The position numbers were made by a program, and so were the translations under genes. A stretch of DNA of 36,419 bases. Source: Kipferlia bialata. Taxonomy: Eukaryota. The notes beneath the pieces were generated by a model. That model did not search any database. It was given only the letters and a program-made list of their open reading frames with translations, and was not told where the DNA came from. Positions 1-11,356 of the stretch are shown here, piece after piece; the stretch's first letter is position 1, and each line of letters opens with the position of its first letter. Location: positions 1-36,419 of the forward strand of contig BDIP01000028.1 of NCBI GenBank assembly GCA_003568945.1. Reading direction: 5' to 3'.

Positions 1-1
1 T

Positions 2-56
<55 letters not shown>
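1..56. repeat. (CT)n microsatellite inside a + strand intron
   Basis: Near-perfect TC repeat at the window start, followed by the acceptor CTGACCCCTAG ending at 73. Confidence 0.95.
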
Positions 57-58
<2 letters not shown>

Positions 59-73
59 GCGTCTGACCCCTAG

Positions 74-142
74 GGATACCCCCAGGCCGGCCAGCCCCAG
101 CAGTACGGTGCCATGTCTGGCTACCCTGCCCCCCAGTACTAG
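74..142 (+). CDS. Terminal exon of an upstream gene; Gly/Tyr/Pro/Gln-rich C-terminal tail
   Basis: After acceptor ctgacccctag| the frame reads GYPQAGQPQQYGAMSGYPAPQY then TAG (140-142). The rest of the gene is outside the window. Confidence 0.7.
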   Translation, partial: GYPQAGQPQQYGAMSGYPAPQY

Positions 143-352
143 AGGGCACAACCCCCCTAGGGTCCCCCTTACTATTATAGTGCTACAGACGTGTCAGAAA
201 GATAAGACAGAGTACCATATGTGTGTGTGTGAACCAAGAATCTCATTAGTGAACGTGATATTATGTATAACCATTGTGTGTAGATGTGGTAGGAATATGT
301 GATGAATAGTAAATTGTGTGATCTCTGGATACCGTTGTTCCATGCGATCTAT

Positions 353-3300
353 TCAACGTTGATGTGACTCAATGAGTCTCATTCGGTGTTTGTCCTCAAG
401 CTCTATACTAGGAACACCCAGAGAGTGACCACTGTCCTGACATCATAACTGACCATCCTAATGAAGACTGTGCTATCCATTTGATATGGACCATGGAGTT
501 CCTAGTCAGGTAGGTCCATCCAGTGACCTAAGTTCACTTGACACTGCAGTGTCAGACAGTCCAGATACTACACATAGGGAGTGTGTACCAATCATTACTT
601 CCTATGTTAATGGTTATTGCTTCTAGATATTCCAGCCAACCTGTCGCAGAAGGACACGGAATATCGCCTCATTGATTCTGAACTTACTGTTCTCGTCTAG
701 GTGGTGGAGGATACCTGGGGTGATCAGGCTGTGAACATAACATCAGCATAGTTGCTGCGATACACAACCACAGCTCTAGCGGCAAGATGAAACATCGTAA
801 TCCGAGTTTCTGGCAGTATTTAAAGCTCAAAGATTACCTATGAACGGTACTAGAATGTCGCGTAGAAACGCCACCTGGCAGAGCCTAGCAGTAATGTCAG
901 GGTCATCGGCAGTGGAGTCTCGCCTGTGTCAGATACACCCTCTGAGAGAAGGTTGGGAGTGGCACCAGTCGTGCCATACGTCTTCCACTGACATGGAGGT
1001 GTCACCACCACATACAGTCTGTATAAGTATGTGAATAGATCTGCAGTTATGTACCTCAGAGGGACGGGCATTCCCGCGGCTGCCTCCAATATCCCACTTC
1101 CAAATGCCTGCTTCATCCTCAGGAGTCCAAACCTATGCGCTATGGGCCAAGGACGGGCAGCATTGGCTAGTATGAGAGTATACAGTATGTAGAGAGTAGT
1201 GTGTATGATGAGGACGCTTGACCGCAGCGAATGTGATAGTGTTGCAGGACATGGTCTTAGTACCTGCTGTCGCTAGCGTCGCAACACTCTGTGCACACAG
1301 ATACTGGGCCCCTGCCAGTGCACTCTCAGGTTCCACTAGGGCTGACGGCAAGAGCGCCTCCGTTGAGGATGGACGCTGTCCAGGTGGGATCGGGACTACA
1401 TGCTTCAGGACATATGTCATAGACCTTATGGTGTCACCATGCGTGGCTAGTATCAGCCGGTTAATGAAGGCTGCTGAGCCAGTCGGCATGGCCTGTAGAA
1501 TACCAAAGTGACTCATGAGTAAGAGGGCCAAAGCGGATGCCTGTGTTGGATAGAGAATGAAGCATAGGGACAATACTAGCTAAAGGTAAGTAACATCAGA
1601 GGTCCCAATACATAGCACCTGCTTCTCAAATGGAGCCGCGTAGCCATGCAGTGTACCAAGATGGTGACGTGTATGTTTGATGTAGTCACGGGAGAGACCT
1701 TACGGTGAGGCAAGATACGAGACAACTAAGCATTGTGGGCTACAATGTAGCAGCATGGTTAGGATGCCTCATGTATAGAACACTCACTGATGTGGTATTC
1801 CTCTCTTTTTGAGTGTGTCCTACCTGGATTGTCAATGTTTCGACTTACAACTGCTAATAACAACAGCACTTTCAACAGTGGTGGCATAAGACCCTGGGCA
1901 ACCGGCTGGTCGAAGCCGGCTGTGAATAGAGCTGTGTACTGGTGTCATGTGAAGACTCACTCAGTTGAAATGTTCAGTGTTAGTTCATGTATGTAGATAC
2001 TGACACCCTTCTTCGGGATACAATCATGCCTAACCTGAAGAGCATCCAGTATATGGATACTGTTGTTGAATGTGCAGTCGTGCATGAGTGATTTCACCAT
2101 GAGTAAGTACCCAATCACGTTCTGAACATAAGACGGGGCAAAACTCGAGGACAGTGATGTAGACTAGGTATCAGGAGAGTCTCACCTTTAGAGGTATCTT
2201 CAGCAACCCATGATAGTTGTGCGCAACAAAGATGTGAACACAGAGAATGATGAACCCGTTGCCATTTGTCTTCCTGTTAAAGGCAAAGGCATCAAAGGTC
2301 CTGTCGCGAAGGGACTCCGCTAAGAGCGACTGGCCCTTCGTGGATGCTGTCAACATGTTATACTGTCGACATACAGCCACTATCTCCTAGAATTAGTGAC
2401 TGCACTTTGATATCCTGAAACAATGCATCCACTCACCCTATCTGTACACATGCTGTGTATAGGTCGTCCAATGTCAGGTGGAACCCTGTGGTTAGATTCG
2501 ACCCGTGAATGCTTCAGCAATATACTAACTACAGAAAATCTTGAACAGGACATATAACTACTGTTTGCGTAAAGATATTACATATGGAAGAGAATCCGTA
2601 ATGATTCATTACTAATGAAACACCTTACGGAGTCCCATCCTGTCAAGGTGTCGTGGTGGGGTTTTAACACTTCCCAAAGTGTTTGCCCCTTTACAGCACT
2701 GCAAGTCAACGAAGAGCCGTGCAGTCGACTGTTGAGTAGGTGAAGCATGCATTGGAATGATGAGTCTTGCCAACGACTAACGGTGAAGGCGGAAACTGAG
2801 GACGTCTGATAGTTCTGACCACTTGGGCTCATGATTCTACTGCTATGTTAGTACTACACTACCACTTGTCTAGTGCAGTACATCTAAGTTTAACTAGAGA
2901 TCGACAACTGTTCACTGCTAACCAGTTCCCTATCAATGATCACCCTAATTCTGGTGTGGTTGTCTATTGATGCAAAGACAAACATACCTTTCCACATACT
3001 GGCCATGGTGCTTATCCACTTCATCTCTGGACAGGACCCTTGCCACTTCATCCACACCTGCAAAGAGAGTGGCGTTACCCTCACTGTCTCTACGCAACAC
3101 ACTACCGCGCAGAACCAAAAGAAGCACGGGATATCTGGTGTTACAGAGAGTGTCAAAAAGTAAAAGTACTTCAGCCACTCACTTGGAAGGTGAGGCCCCA
3201 CTGGCAGGAGGCCCTCCTGAGTACCAACGGAAGGTTGCATAGTATCTCCTTCGTCCTGCAAAGGCCTCGCCAAGTGCATGTACTAGGAACTCTCTATCAG

Positions 3301-4575
3301 CTGGATGGGTCTTGGTGAACAGGGATCGTGTGGTGAAGAAGTCAAACGCTTAGTCAGATACTGTGAGTGGGGATACATACCAGACTCAAGGAGTGTACAA
3401 TCGTATGATCATATGACTTGGACTGTTCCCACCTGTGACCTCAGGGTCTATGTTCCAATGGGCCATCCGTATCCAGTTCCGAGAAACACGCAGCTGGGGT
3501 TCAGACAGACAAGAGAATACTGACATTCAGTTAGGGTATAGAGTATTTCCAGCACACTAACGTCGTTGGTTTGGGGGTTGGAGAGGTATGAACCATTGAT
3601 GGGCCGTGGAGTCGAGAAGTGGAACTGGGAACATCGCTCGGCGAAGGACATCCAGGATCCACGCGATCCGTTTGGTATTGTACGTGTATCCCGAAGCTCA
3701 CACTCAAGGTTTGCGTTCTCATCACTGCCTGTCACGATTCTTTGGTAAGGTGTGTTGATGACAGGAAACAGAAACACTGTGACTCAACATGAGATGCAAA
3801 TACACCAACTACTGAGAGACGGACTCTACCTGGAAAACTCCTCATAGGTGTCGGTTGTGCCCGTTGGCACCAACTGCAAATCCCTAGTGTAAGTCCTATT
3901 AGTGATTTCTAGTAGTATATGATGAAAGTAGGTGCGGACCGTATCCAAACAGACATTGCTTCATAACGGGAAAGACACTAACTCGAATGTGTCATCAGCC
4001 GAGGCCTCGTCAAAGCTCTCGGGAGTTGAAACCGATAGCTGTTCCGTCGTAGTATCCACATCTGCGGTAGCGTCCACCATCAGTCCTCTCTCTTCCGCCT
4101 TCTCCTCTGGTAGCAAGTACAGCTCATGTCTCACCACGCTAGACACCAGAGACGATATGTGTGTATGAATGCATGAGAGAGAAGGGTCATTCATGAGACT
4201 CTGCAGTGTGCCTATAAGGTCATCAGCCAGGCATTCCACGCCACAGGCCTTAGACCGATTTGCATCAGTGTCCATTTGGGGTGGTACTACTAAGTGGTTA
4301 TCAGTAGGGTCTCCTTGTTTGGGCTTCCGTCTACAGTGTGGCCAAGCCCTGATGGACCATGTGCTCAGAATAGCAATGATACCATAGAACACACACAGCC
4401 ACACAGGCATGTGACTCCCTAAGACGGTAGCTACAAAGCTAAACATTGTGAATCCTGTGAAACTGCAAAGGAGGATTTCTATTGCAAGGGAGGCGATCAC
4501 TTGACTGACAAGCTTACGGTTGATGCCATCATATGTAACCGATAGATGCCATACCTCTGACCTGCGAGGGGTCAT
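353..4575 (-). CDS. Multi-exon hypothetical protein with two N-terminal hydrophobic (TM) helices
   Basis: The 204-aa ORF 4575-3961 looks like exon 1. Donor GA|GTTAGT at ~3982 joins acceptor cactag| at ~3885, reading DDTFE-DLQLVPTGTTDTYESFP and then VFLFPVINTPYQRIVTG. Further protein-like exons follow (LFAGVDEVARVLSRDEVDK; FDQPVAQGLMPPLLKVLLLLAVV; ASALALLLMSHFGILQ). The 3' end (IELEDKHRMRLIESHQR*) is tentative. No family recognised. Confidence 0.5.
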
Positions 4576-4645
4576 GTATTAACCTGTCATTTAGACACGT
4601 CTTCACCTAGGAGACTATAATCCGAGAGAACAAGTACCTCACTGC
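4576..4645. promoter_or_regulatory. Putative 70-bp bidirectional promoter/5' UTR region
   Basis: Lies between divergent ATGs at 4575 (-) and 4646 (+). Positional inference only. Confidence 0.4.
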
Positions 4646-7449
4646 ATGCCACGGTTTGGCTACTGCTGCATCAACCTCACTCTGGGGAGGGGGAAGGTTA
4701 GCAGCAACAGATCCATGATCAAGGTCAGTTAAACCAGACTATGTACTGATAAACTGGCAGTCTCTCTAGTATTAGATAGAATACTAACTTAGCTTGTATC
4801 TATGAGCGGGCGGTTGTTACTAGAGTGACATCGAGTATATCTGACAGACAGGCAACGTTTGATGCCAAGGGTCTCCCCTACGCCTCAGAACTGGCCCTCA
4901 AGAACCTCCAGGACCTCCACACAATCATACAGTGGAACGCAGACCACGGGATAGAGGTGTTCAGGCTCTCTAGGTGAGTGCCTAATTGGCAATATTAGAG
5001 TATGATATCCTATTGTTATTGTATGGCAGTTGCCTGTTATCTGTAATTTTTCACGCGTCTCTGGCATGGTGCATTGGTTATCTCTTTGGTTTTCCAAAAT
5101 CTCATAATTGATGAAATTTTGACCTGTCTGGGTTCGATCCCCAGTGGAGACACTTTTTTCTTCTCTTCATCTTGCAGTCACTAGGACCTACCCCCTCTCT
5201 ACACCTCTTTTCGCATGGTTATTTTTCCGTCCGAAGAATATAGGGAGGAGAAGGCAGAAACTAATATACACAAGCGGGTAACCACCCAAAAATCCACTAG
5301 CCCTTCGAATCAACTAGCCCTAGTCTCACCCAAGTGACATGTTCCCGTGGATGGATCTGTATGCCCTGTCTGACCTGCCCGACTACCCAGAGGTGCAATA
5401 TCATTGTATAACCTGAGTGCACTCCTATTTTACACGGTACTTTATGGGCTCCGATGCTGATACCCCAGATCAAGCGTCAGATGGCTGACACTGGCAAGCT
5501 CATCAAGGCATCAGGACAGCGCATCTCCATGCACCCTGGACCCTTCACCATACTGGCTAGCCTGAACCAAGGGGTGGGTAACTAAACAGTAGGAATATAC
5601 CCTATAGTGTATGTTACGCCACATGTGACCACTTACAACCCAGGTTGTGGAAAGGGCCTCCTACCATCTGCATCAACACGCAGAGATACTGGACCTCCTA
5701 GGCTGCCCCAGGTCACTAGTTACAAATGCATTATGGGTATCAGTTCAGAGTCTGCCTCTATCCTCACGTTAGGTCCCCTGATAGTGCCATCAACATCCAC
5801 ATAGGCACACAGCAGGGAGGCAGAGAGGTACCGTTACATGTGACTGTATCACATGTCACCTGATAATGATGTGTCCCTTAGGCATCCTCATGCAAGGAGG
5901 CTATGAAGCGCTTTGTCCTTGCGTTTGCAGCACTAGATGACTCTGTGAAGCATAGGTATGCTGCACCGAGGAGACATCTGTATACTACGTCACGTCATCG
6001 AGGGTTCTCTGTATTCGGCAAGAGGGCTACGATTTAGAAACTCACTCTCAGGCTGACGATTGAGAACGACGACAAGTTCAATCTCTACAACACAGGTAAA
6101 TTCTACGCTAAAGACACCATAAGAGCAGCAGCAGGAGTATTCTCTGACTCTGTCCATTGCCTTGATCATATGTATCATTGTATGACATTGTAATCTTACA
6201 GTCAGAGCACCTTTACCACGGTATCCACAAGCCAACCGGCATCCCCATCGTGTTTGACTACCACCACCACTGGTAAGTATACTCATCACATTGATTACGC
6301 TGTTATTGGCACTATGAGAGATCTCTCTGTACATAGAGTGCTCAAGTAGGTGCAACCCTGGGGACCAGACAGAGGAGGACGCCCTCAAGCTGGCTGCAAA
6401 GACATGGGTGGACTCAGGTGGGGCACATATTGTGACATCGTATATGTATGTAAGGAGTTGCTCTTCTGTAATTCTCTCACCCCTAGGTGCCAGGCAGCTG
6501 TGCCACATGTCCAGCTCCAAGCTGAAGTACGAGGATGAGACTGCTACTTCACACAGGTATTGTAGTCTAGAAATGCCCTTGTAATACAAGGCTTGTATAG
6601 ACAGAGAGTATTGGTGGAATAGTATTCCGTGAGAGACTGTGTAGAGTGCTGTGGTCATCGAGTTACCCTAGGAACCACTCGGACTACCTGTACTCCCGAG
6701 TCGACCCCTATGGACTGGACATTGATGTGGAGATAGAGGCCAAGGCCAAGGAGAAGGTGGGGTATATTACTCTGACACTCATTCACCATGAAAACACTGT
6801 ATTACCCTGTAACCACAGGCATATATGCGATACATGGAGGAGTTTGAGGGGGTGGACCTTGGGCCAGCATGGACAGACGTCACTGCAGAGATCATGCTGG
6901 AGGTAAGTGGACAATAATTACACACCTGAGTGGTGACTAACAAGCTGTTAGCAACAACCCCATGTAGTACAGCCACACTCACCCCAGGTGCTGGACGGTG
7001 AGCAGGCTGAGGCCCGTGCCACCAAGAGGAGGCTCAAGGCTGAGGCATCTGACAGCACATACAGCCAGTCCAACACTGGGGCATCCACGCCTTCGGGTAG
7101 AAACGGGAAGCGTGGACATGCTGCCACTCCCACTAGGAAGCCCAAGGCTAAGCCCCGCAAGAGAGCCCTCCGCACTAGTACTGTAGTCAAGGAAGAGAGT
7201 GAGGACCTCAACCTACTCAGTGGGGGTGATAGTGTAGACCTAGTCAGCAGTGTCAGTGAGAGTGTGGGTGAGATGAGCCCGGAGCAGAGTGGGGGAAGCA
7301 GTGATGCATACGTGGGAGGGGAGACAGTGACTGCACCAGTGGCCAAGAGGAGGCCCTCGAGGAGGTGTGCCGAGGCAAGGCCCGACTACGGCAGAGAGAC
7401 AGAGGGGGCAGGCATCGATGGGCTAGACGTCGTCGAGTCAGACGAGTGA
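4646..7449 (+). CDS. uvsE: UV-damage endonuclease (UvsE/UVDE/Uve1 family), 14 exons, with basic/acidic C-terminal extension
   Basis: Spliced translation: MPRFGYCCINLTLGRGKVSSNRSMIK|ATFDAKGLPYASELALKNLQDLHTIIQWNADHGIEVFRLSS|DMFPW..RISMHPGPFTILAS..AINIHIG..RLTIENDD..GIPIVFDYHHHW..HMSSS..NHSDY..DVEIEAKAKEK. These are the canonical UVDE motifs (GYxCIN, FRLSS, HPG, xHxG, ENDD, DxHHH, HSD, EAKxKE). 13 GT-AG introns restore the frame. Confidence 0.95.
5057..5152 (+). ncRNA. tRNA-like (Pol III-type) element, probably a degenerate or non-canonical tRNA, inside UVDE intron 2
   Basis: A-box TGGTGCATTGG (5067-5077); perfect T-arm CTGGG-TTCGATC-CCCAG (5128-5144); acceptor-like pairing GTCTC/GAGAC with discriminator A; T6 terminator at 5154-5159. 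The anticodon arm does not fold canonically. Confidence 0.55.
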
Positions 7450-7683
7450 GACTTAAAGATAAGAGATGGAGGACTCTAGTGCTTGCAGTCCACCTCCATG
7501 ACAGTATTGAACCAGTACTTTATCTCGAATGCATATGATGAAACCCAATGAAACCATGATAGGGATGATTCACTCGTTGTTGACCAACATAAGACAGTCT
7601 ATTCATTCGTCTATTTCATCATCGTCGTACACAGTTTGGCTAACGTCTTGGCGATCCACAGATTATGATTCCCATTCTTTAGT

Positions 7684-10600
7684 TCAACCCTTCTCCAACA
7701 GGTTGGGACTGACACATACATACCCGTCGGCACCCTGGGTTAGTAGGGGCAACACGACGATGCTACATGAAAGCATTGCATATTCATTACACACAGACAC
7801 TAGTTGGCGACACAAAAGACAGGAAGCGTCGTTGTACGACACACTCTGATAGAACATCCCACTTACCTTTGGTGTCTCGTCCACGGGAGTGGCTGAGGAG
7901 TAGACACTGTCACTCACGTTTGCAGCCTCCTGGTGGTGAGGCACATCATGTAGAATATAGCAGATAGATGTTATGTTCGAACCTGCTTGGCAGCTGTCTC
8001 TCCGACCATCTCCATGCTCTGCTCTCTCTCCAGCATGTATTGCTCTGCCCTCCTACCGTTGATGTTTCTGAGGGTCAGTGGTCCCATATACGTGCACTAT
8101 ATGTGATGTATATGAGAATAGGAGAAGAACTATTGCAGGAGAGGGACACCCACCTTCTCCATGCGCTGTAGCACATGTACCCACTCAGGACAATCAGAGC
8201 TGCAGAGAGACCAAATGCTATGTAGACTCCGGTCACATATGCCGAGACCTGCCCAGCTGTCCAGATCTTGGTGTCTGTGTGGTGCAGTACCACTCCCTTC
8301 TGATACTCTGCTCCAGGGGCACCAGCCAGACACACACGTCCATCAGTGGCTACAGAGTGGCCTGGAGTCAGAGTAGGTTGACAGCAGTGTCCACGTACAA
8401 TTACTCTACAGTGTAGTGTCACACTACTAGTGTGCCCCCTACCTAACATGCTCATCTGGCCCAGGATGGGATCCCATGCATCCACCAAGGCGATGTCAGA
8501 GGCGGTTAGGTCGCTAAAGGTGAACATGTACACGGCTGGGGGTGAGGTGGAGAGCGTAAGAAGAGCTGGATAGGTTAACGAGGAAATGTAGCACCCTCAC
8601 CCTTTCCAGGCATGTCTCCTGCCTCATGCTCTATCTCTTCTGTCTCTCTCTCCTCAGGGTGTGGGGGCATAAGGCTTCTCCCACGGTGGTGGTTAGCCTT
8701 GACATCAGATGTCACGAGCTTCTCGGCCTTGACTACAGCATGATCACTGGACTTGTTGGCGTATACAAGGGGCTCGACTATCTCCTGCAGCGGTGCCCCT
8801 ACCACTAGGCCACACCCTCTGTTCTTGGTCAGGCACTGGCCCTGGGGTGAATAATGGATATGGGTATGTAGATGTAAACTTAAATGATTAGAGCTGTTAG
8901 CAGCTAGAGAGTTTACTGTCTCATAGAAGAAATAGAAGTGGACGACTGGTACCTCAAGAGTCGACCCAAATGATAGAGCGTCCTGGGTCACTGTCTGTTT
9001 GCGATCGCACACTGTAACATCGCTATCACTGTCATAGATCAACTCAAAGAGGTGGGCACTAGCAAGTCCTGGGTTAGATGGACAGCATGAATGACCCACA
9101 CCAAATATATATATATGTATACATATATGATGCAGTCCCCCACCTGGCTCTCCGACTGCTATCAGGTCGTCTGTTATGACACTGACAGCTGCCCCGAACC
9201 ATGGGCTGTCGGGCTCAGGCTCATAAGGGGTGGGGACCTGGGTGTGGGTGGTGAAGGAAGGACGCAGAAGTACAAGTGTCACAGTCTATACCTCTGGGGA
9301 GAGTATCTCTGGCAGTGTCACGATGGTACCGTCATACCAGTAGAAGGGGTGCACCACACCCTGCCCGTCGTCCTCAGCTAGGGGATGAGAGGTGACACAT
9401 ACATACTCATATACCCATCCACCAGATGAGACAGAGGGTTCCTACCTGGACATCCGACAATGGCAGTGTGGCCATGTCTGGTAGAGACAGAGGCTAGGAG
9501 GCACTGTTGGGGTGAGACAGTGATGGGAAGACATGGAGAGTACAATTGGATATCAGTCCCAATATACCACCTACCTCATCCAGCAGGACCTGGTCATTGA
9601 GGTGCCACTCTCCCAGGACATCCTGGGGTCAGAGAGGCCAGTAGTAGAGTTAGGATCTATGATATGACTTGTAACCCATGCACCTCACCTCTGCGATCAG
9701 CCTTGTCTCCCCTGAGTATGATCCCACCAGTGCCAGGGAGTGATGGACAGAGAGAGAGTAGCCAAAGCCGTAGTGCTTGTCGGACCCGATGATCTCGGAG
9801 TGCAGCACCCACTTGTCACCACTGGATGAGGAATACATACGTATGTATATGTGGAAACAGTGTTATGATTCATAACACTGTTGTTATCATTCATAACTTA
9901 TGAATGATCTCTAAGTCCAGATTCAACGCTACTATCACATAATACCTTCTCTTGTAGACGAATACCGACCCGTGCAGACTGTTTGCCATGGGGGCACCGA
10001 CCATGAGGGTGTGGCCACTGATACCCACACTGAAGCCATAGTACGTGCTGGAGTGAGACACTGTGTGAGTGGAATACAGATATACCATACCATGTATGAC
10101 ATCATGAACATGTATACAAGTTGTGTTGGAGCCGTACCACTTGTACCTGCTAGCATCAGCGTTGATGTGCTCCTCAGGGCACTCTGCAACACTGAGGGGT
10201 TAGGGTATGGATAGGAAATAGAGTGGGAAGAAAGGATACGCTTGGGGATACTCAATGGGGTCGCGTACCTGCAACCCTCAGCCTTGAAGGCGGTGTCAGA
10301 GGACACGTCGAAGGGATTGGCCGGTAGCCCGTCCCTGGGGATGATAAGGAGACGGTAGGTGACAGCCAAGGAACGAGTAATAGTTCACACCATACAACTG
10401 ACATGACCCTACCTCTCCCCGTCATACTCGTCGTAGATAGTGGCCATGTACTCAAAGCCATTAGACTCGGAGTGCTGGGTGAGGGGGTGGATAGGAATAG
10501 AGATAAGAACAAGCTATACATGATTGTATACACTGTGTGTACCACTCTATACCTCAAACACCACCACTGCCCCCAGGGACCCCACCGCCAGATAGTCTGG

Positions 10601-10946
10601 GGAGAGGGAGAGGGAGAGACCCAGGTGCTGGATGCTGCATGTGAGGGAAGGACTCACAAGGTGACTACGGGTAGTAGTTGCAACTAGGAAGATACAGGTA
10701 TCCAGTGAGAAGACCCATTGAGGTATGGATGAGTGCCCCCCTCACCTTGGGTCATCTGGCATCTCCAACTGTCTGGGCACGGACATACCAGTGCCAAGCA
10801 TCTCTGGGTGTTAGTCCCCTACACACAACCACATGTATATAGCAACGTAGCATAGTGTATCAGTACCCACCCTCGATAGATATCCTGGCGGCCAGGGCTA
10901 TGCCTACCAGACATAGGCAGAGTGCAACCACTGAAGTCAGCCACAT
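7684..10946 (-). CDS. Integrin-alpha-like FG-GAP beta-propeller, type I membrane protein
   Basis: Signal peptide MWLTSVVALCLCLVGIALA. Blades include LGLSLSLSPDYLAVGS, YGFSVGISGHTLMVGAP, FGYSLSVHHSLALVGS, WFGAAVSVITDDLIAVGEP, FGSTLE..GLVVGAP and GHSVATDGRVCLAGAP. TM segment AYVTGVYIAFGLSAALIVLSGYMCY followed by WRR. Last exon GADGYVCVSPNLLEKG* follows acceptor ctaacccag. Confidence 0.85.
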
Positions 10947-11356
10947 TGCACTACTAGTATGTGGCAGTGCGGCACATGTAGAGACACCCCTCACACTCCC
11001 ACTGTACACATACACCCGCACTGAGGGTATCCTCCGTGCTATGCCCCTCACCTCTATTGACACTGAATCACTCAACAGTTCTGTAGCCAAACATCTCTAA
11101 TCAATGCAACAGTGGTAGGAAATTGTAAACACTACAGTGACACATACACTAATCATCGATATCTACAGTACCTGGTGACAATCACGACTAGAAATTTAGT
11201 CTGACACTTGCAACACATAGATGCAGTGTAGCAACACGAACCGATCCAAAAGGGTCGGACGACACGAAAAATACACACTTAATGGAAACACATACAACGT
11301 TAAAACTTACACAATTGGAAAACTTGTCACACTACACTGTCACACACATGACACCT

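Noticed and set aside
300..3900. Decayed transposon or retroelement
   Set aside because: No RT, integrase or transposase motifs and no terminal repeats were seen; the fragments join through GT-AG introns to the 4575 ORF.
5100..5125. Box C/D snoRNA or U4/U5 snRNA in the UVDE intron
   Set aside because: TGATGA and AATTTTG are present, but no matching D box nearby, no U5 loop and no U6-complementary segment were found; the tRNA-type A/B boxes explain the region better.
5990..6658. 222-aa minus-strand ORF and many similar overlapping ORFs
   Set aside because: These are antisense or off-frame shadows of real spliced genes (here UVDE) with no recognisable motifs.
7529..7849. 106-aa + strand ORF between UVDE and the FG-GAP gene
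   Set aside because: It overlaps the 3' end/UTR of the minus-strand gene and has no motif or splice support.
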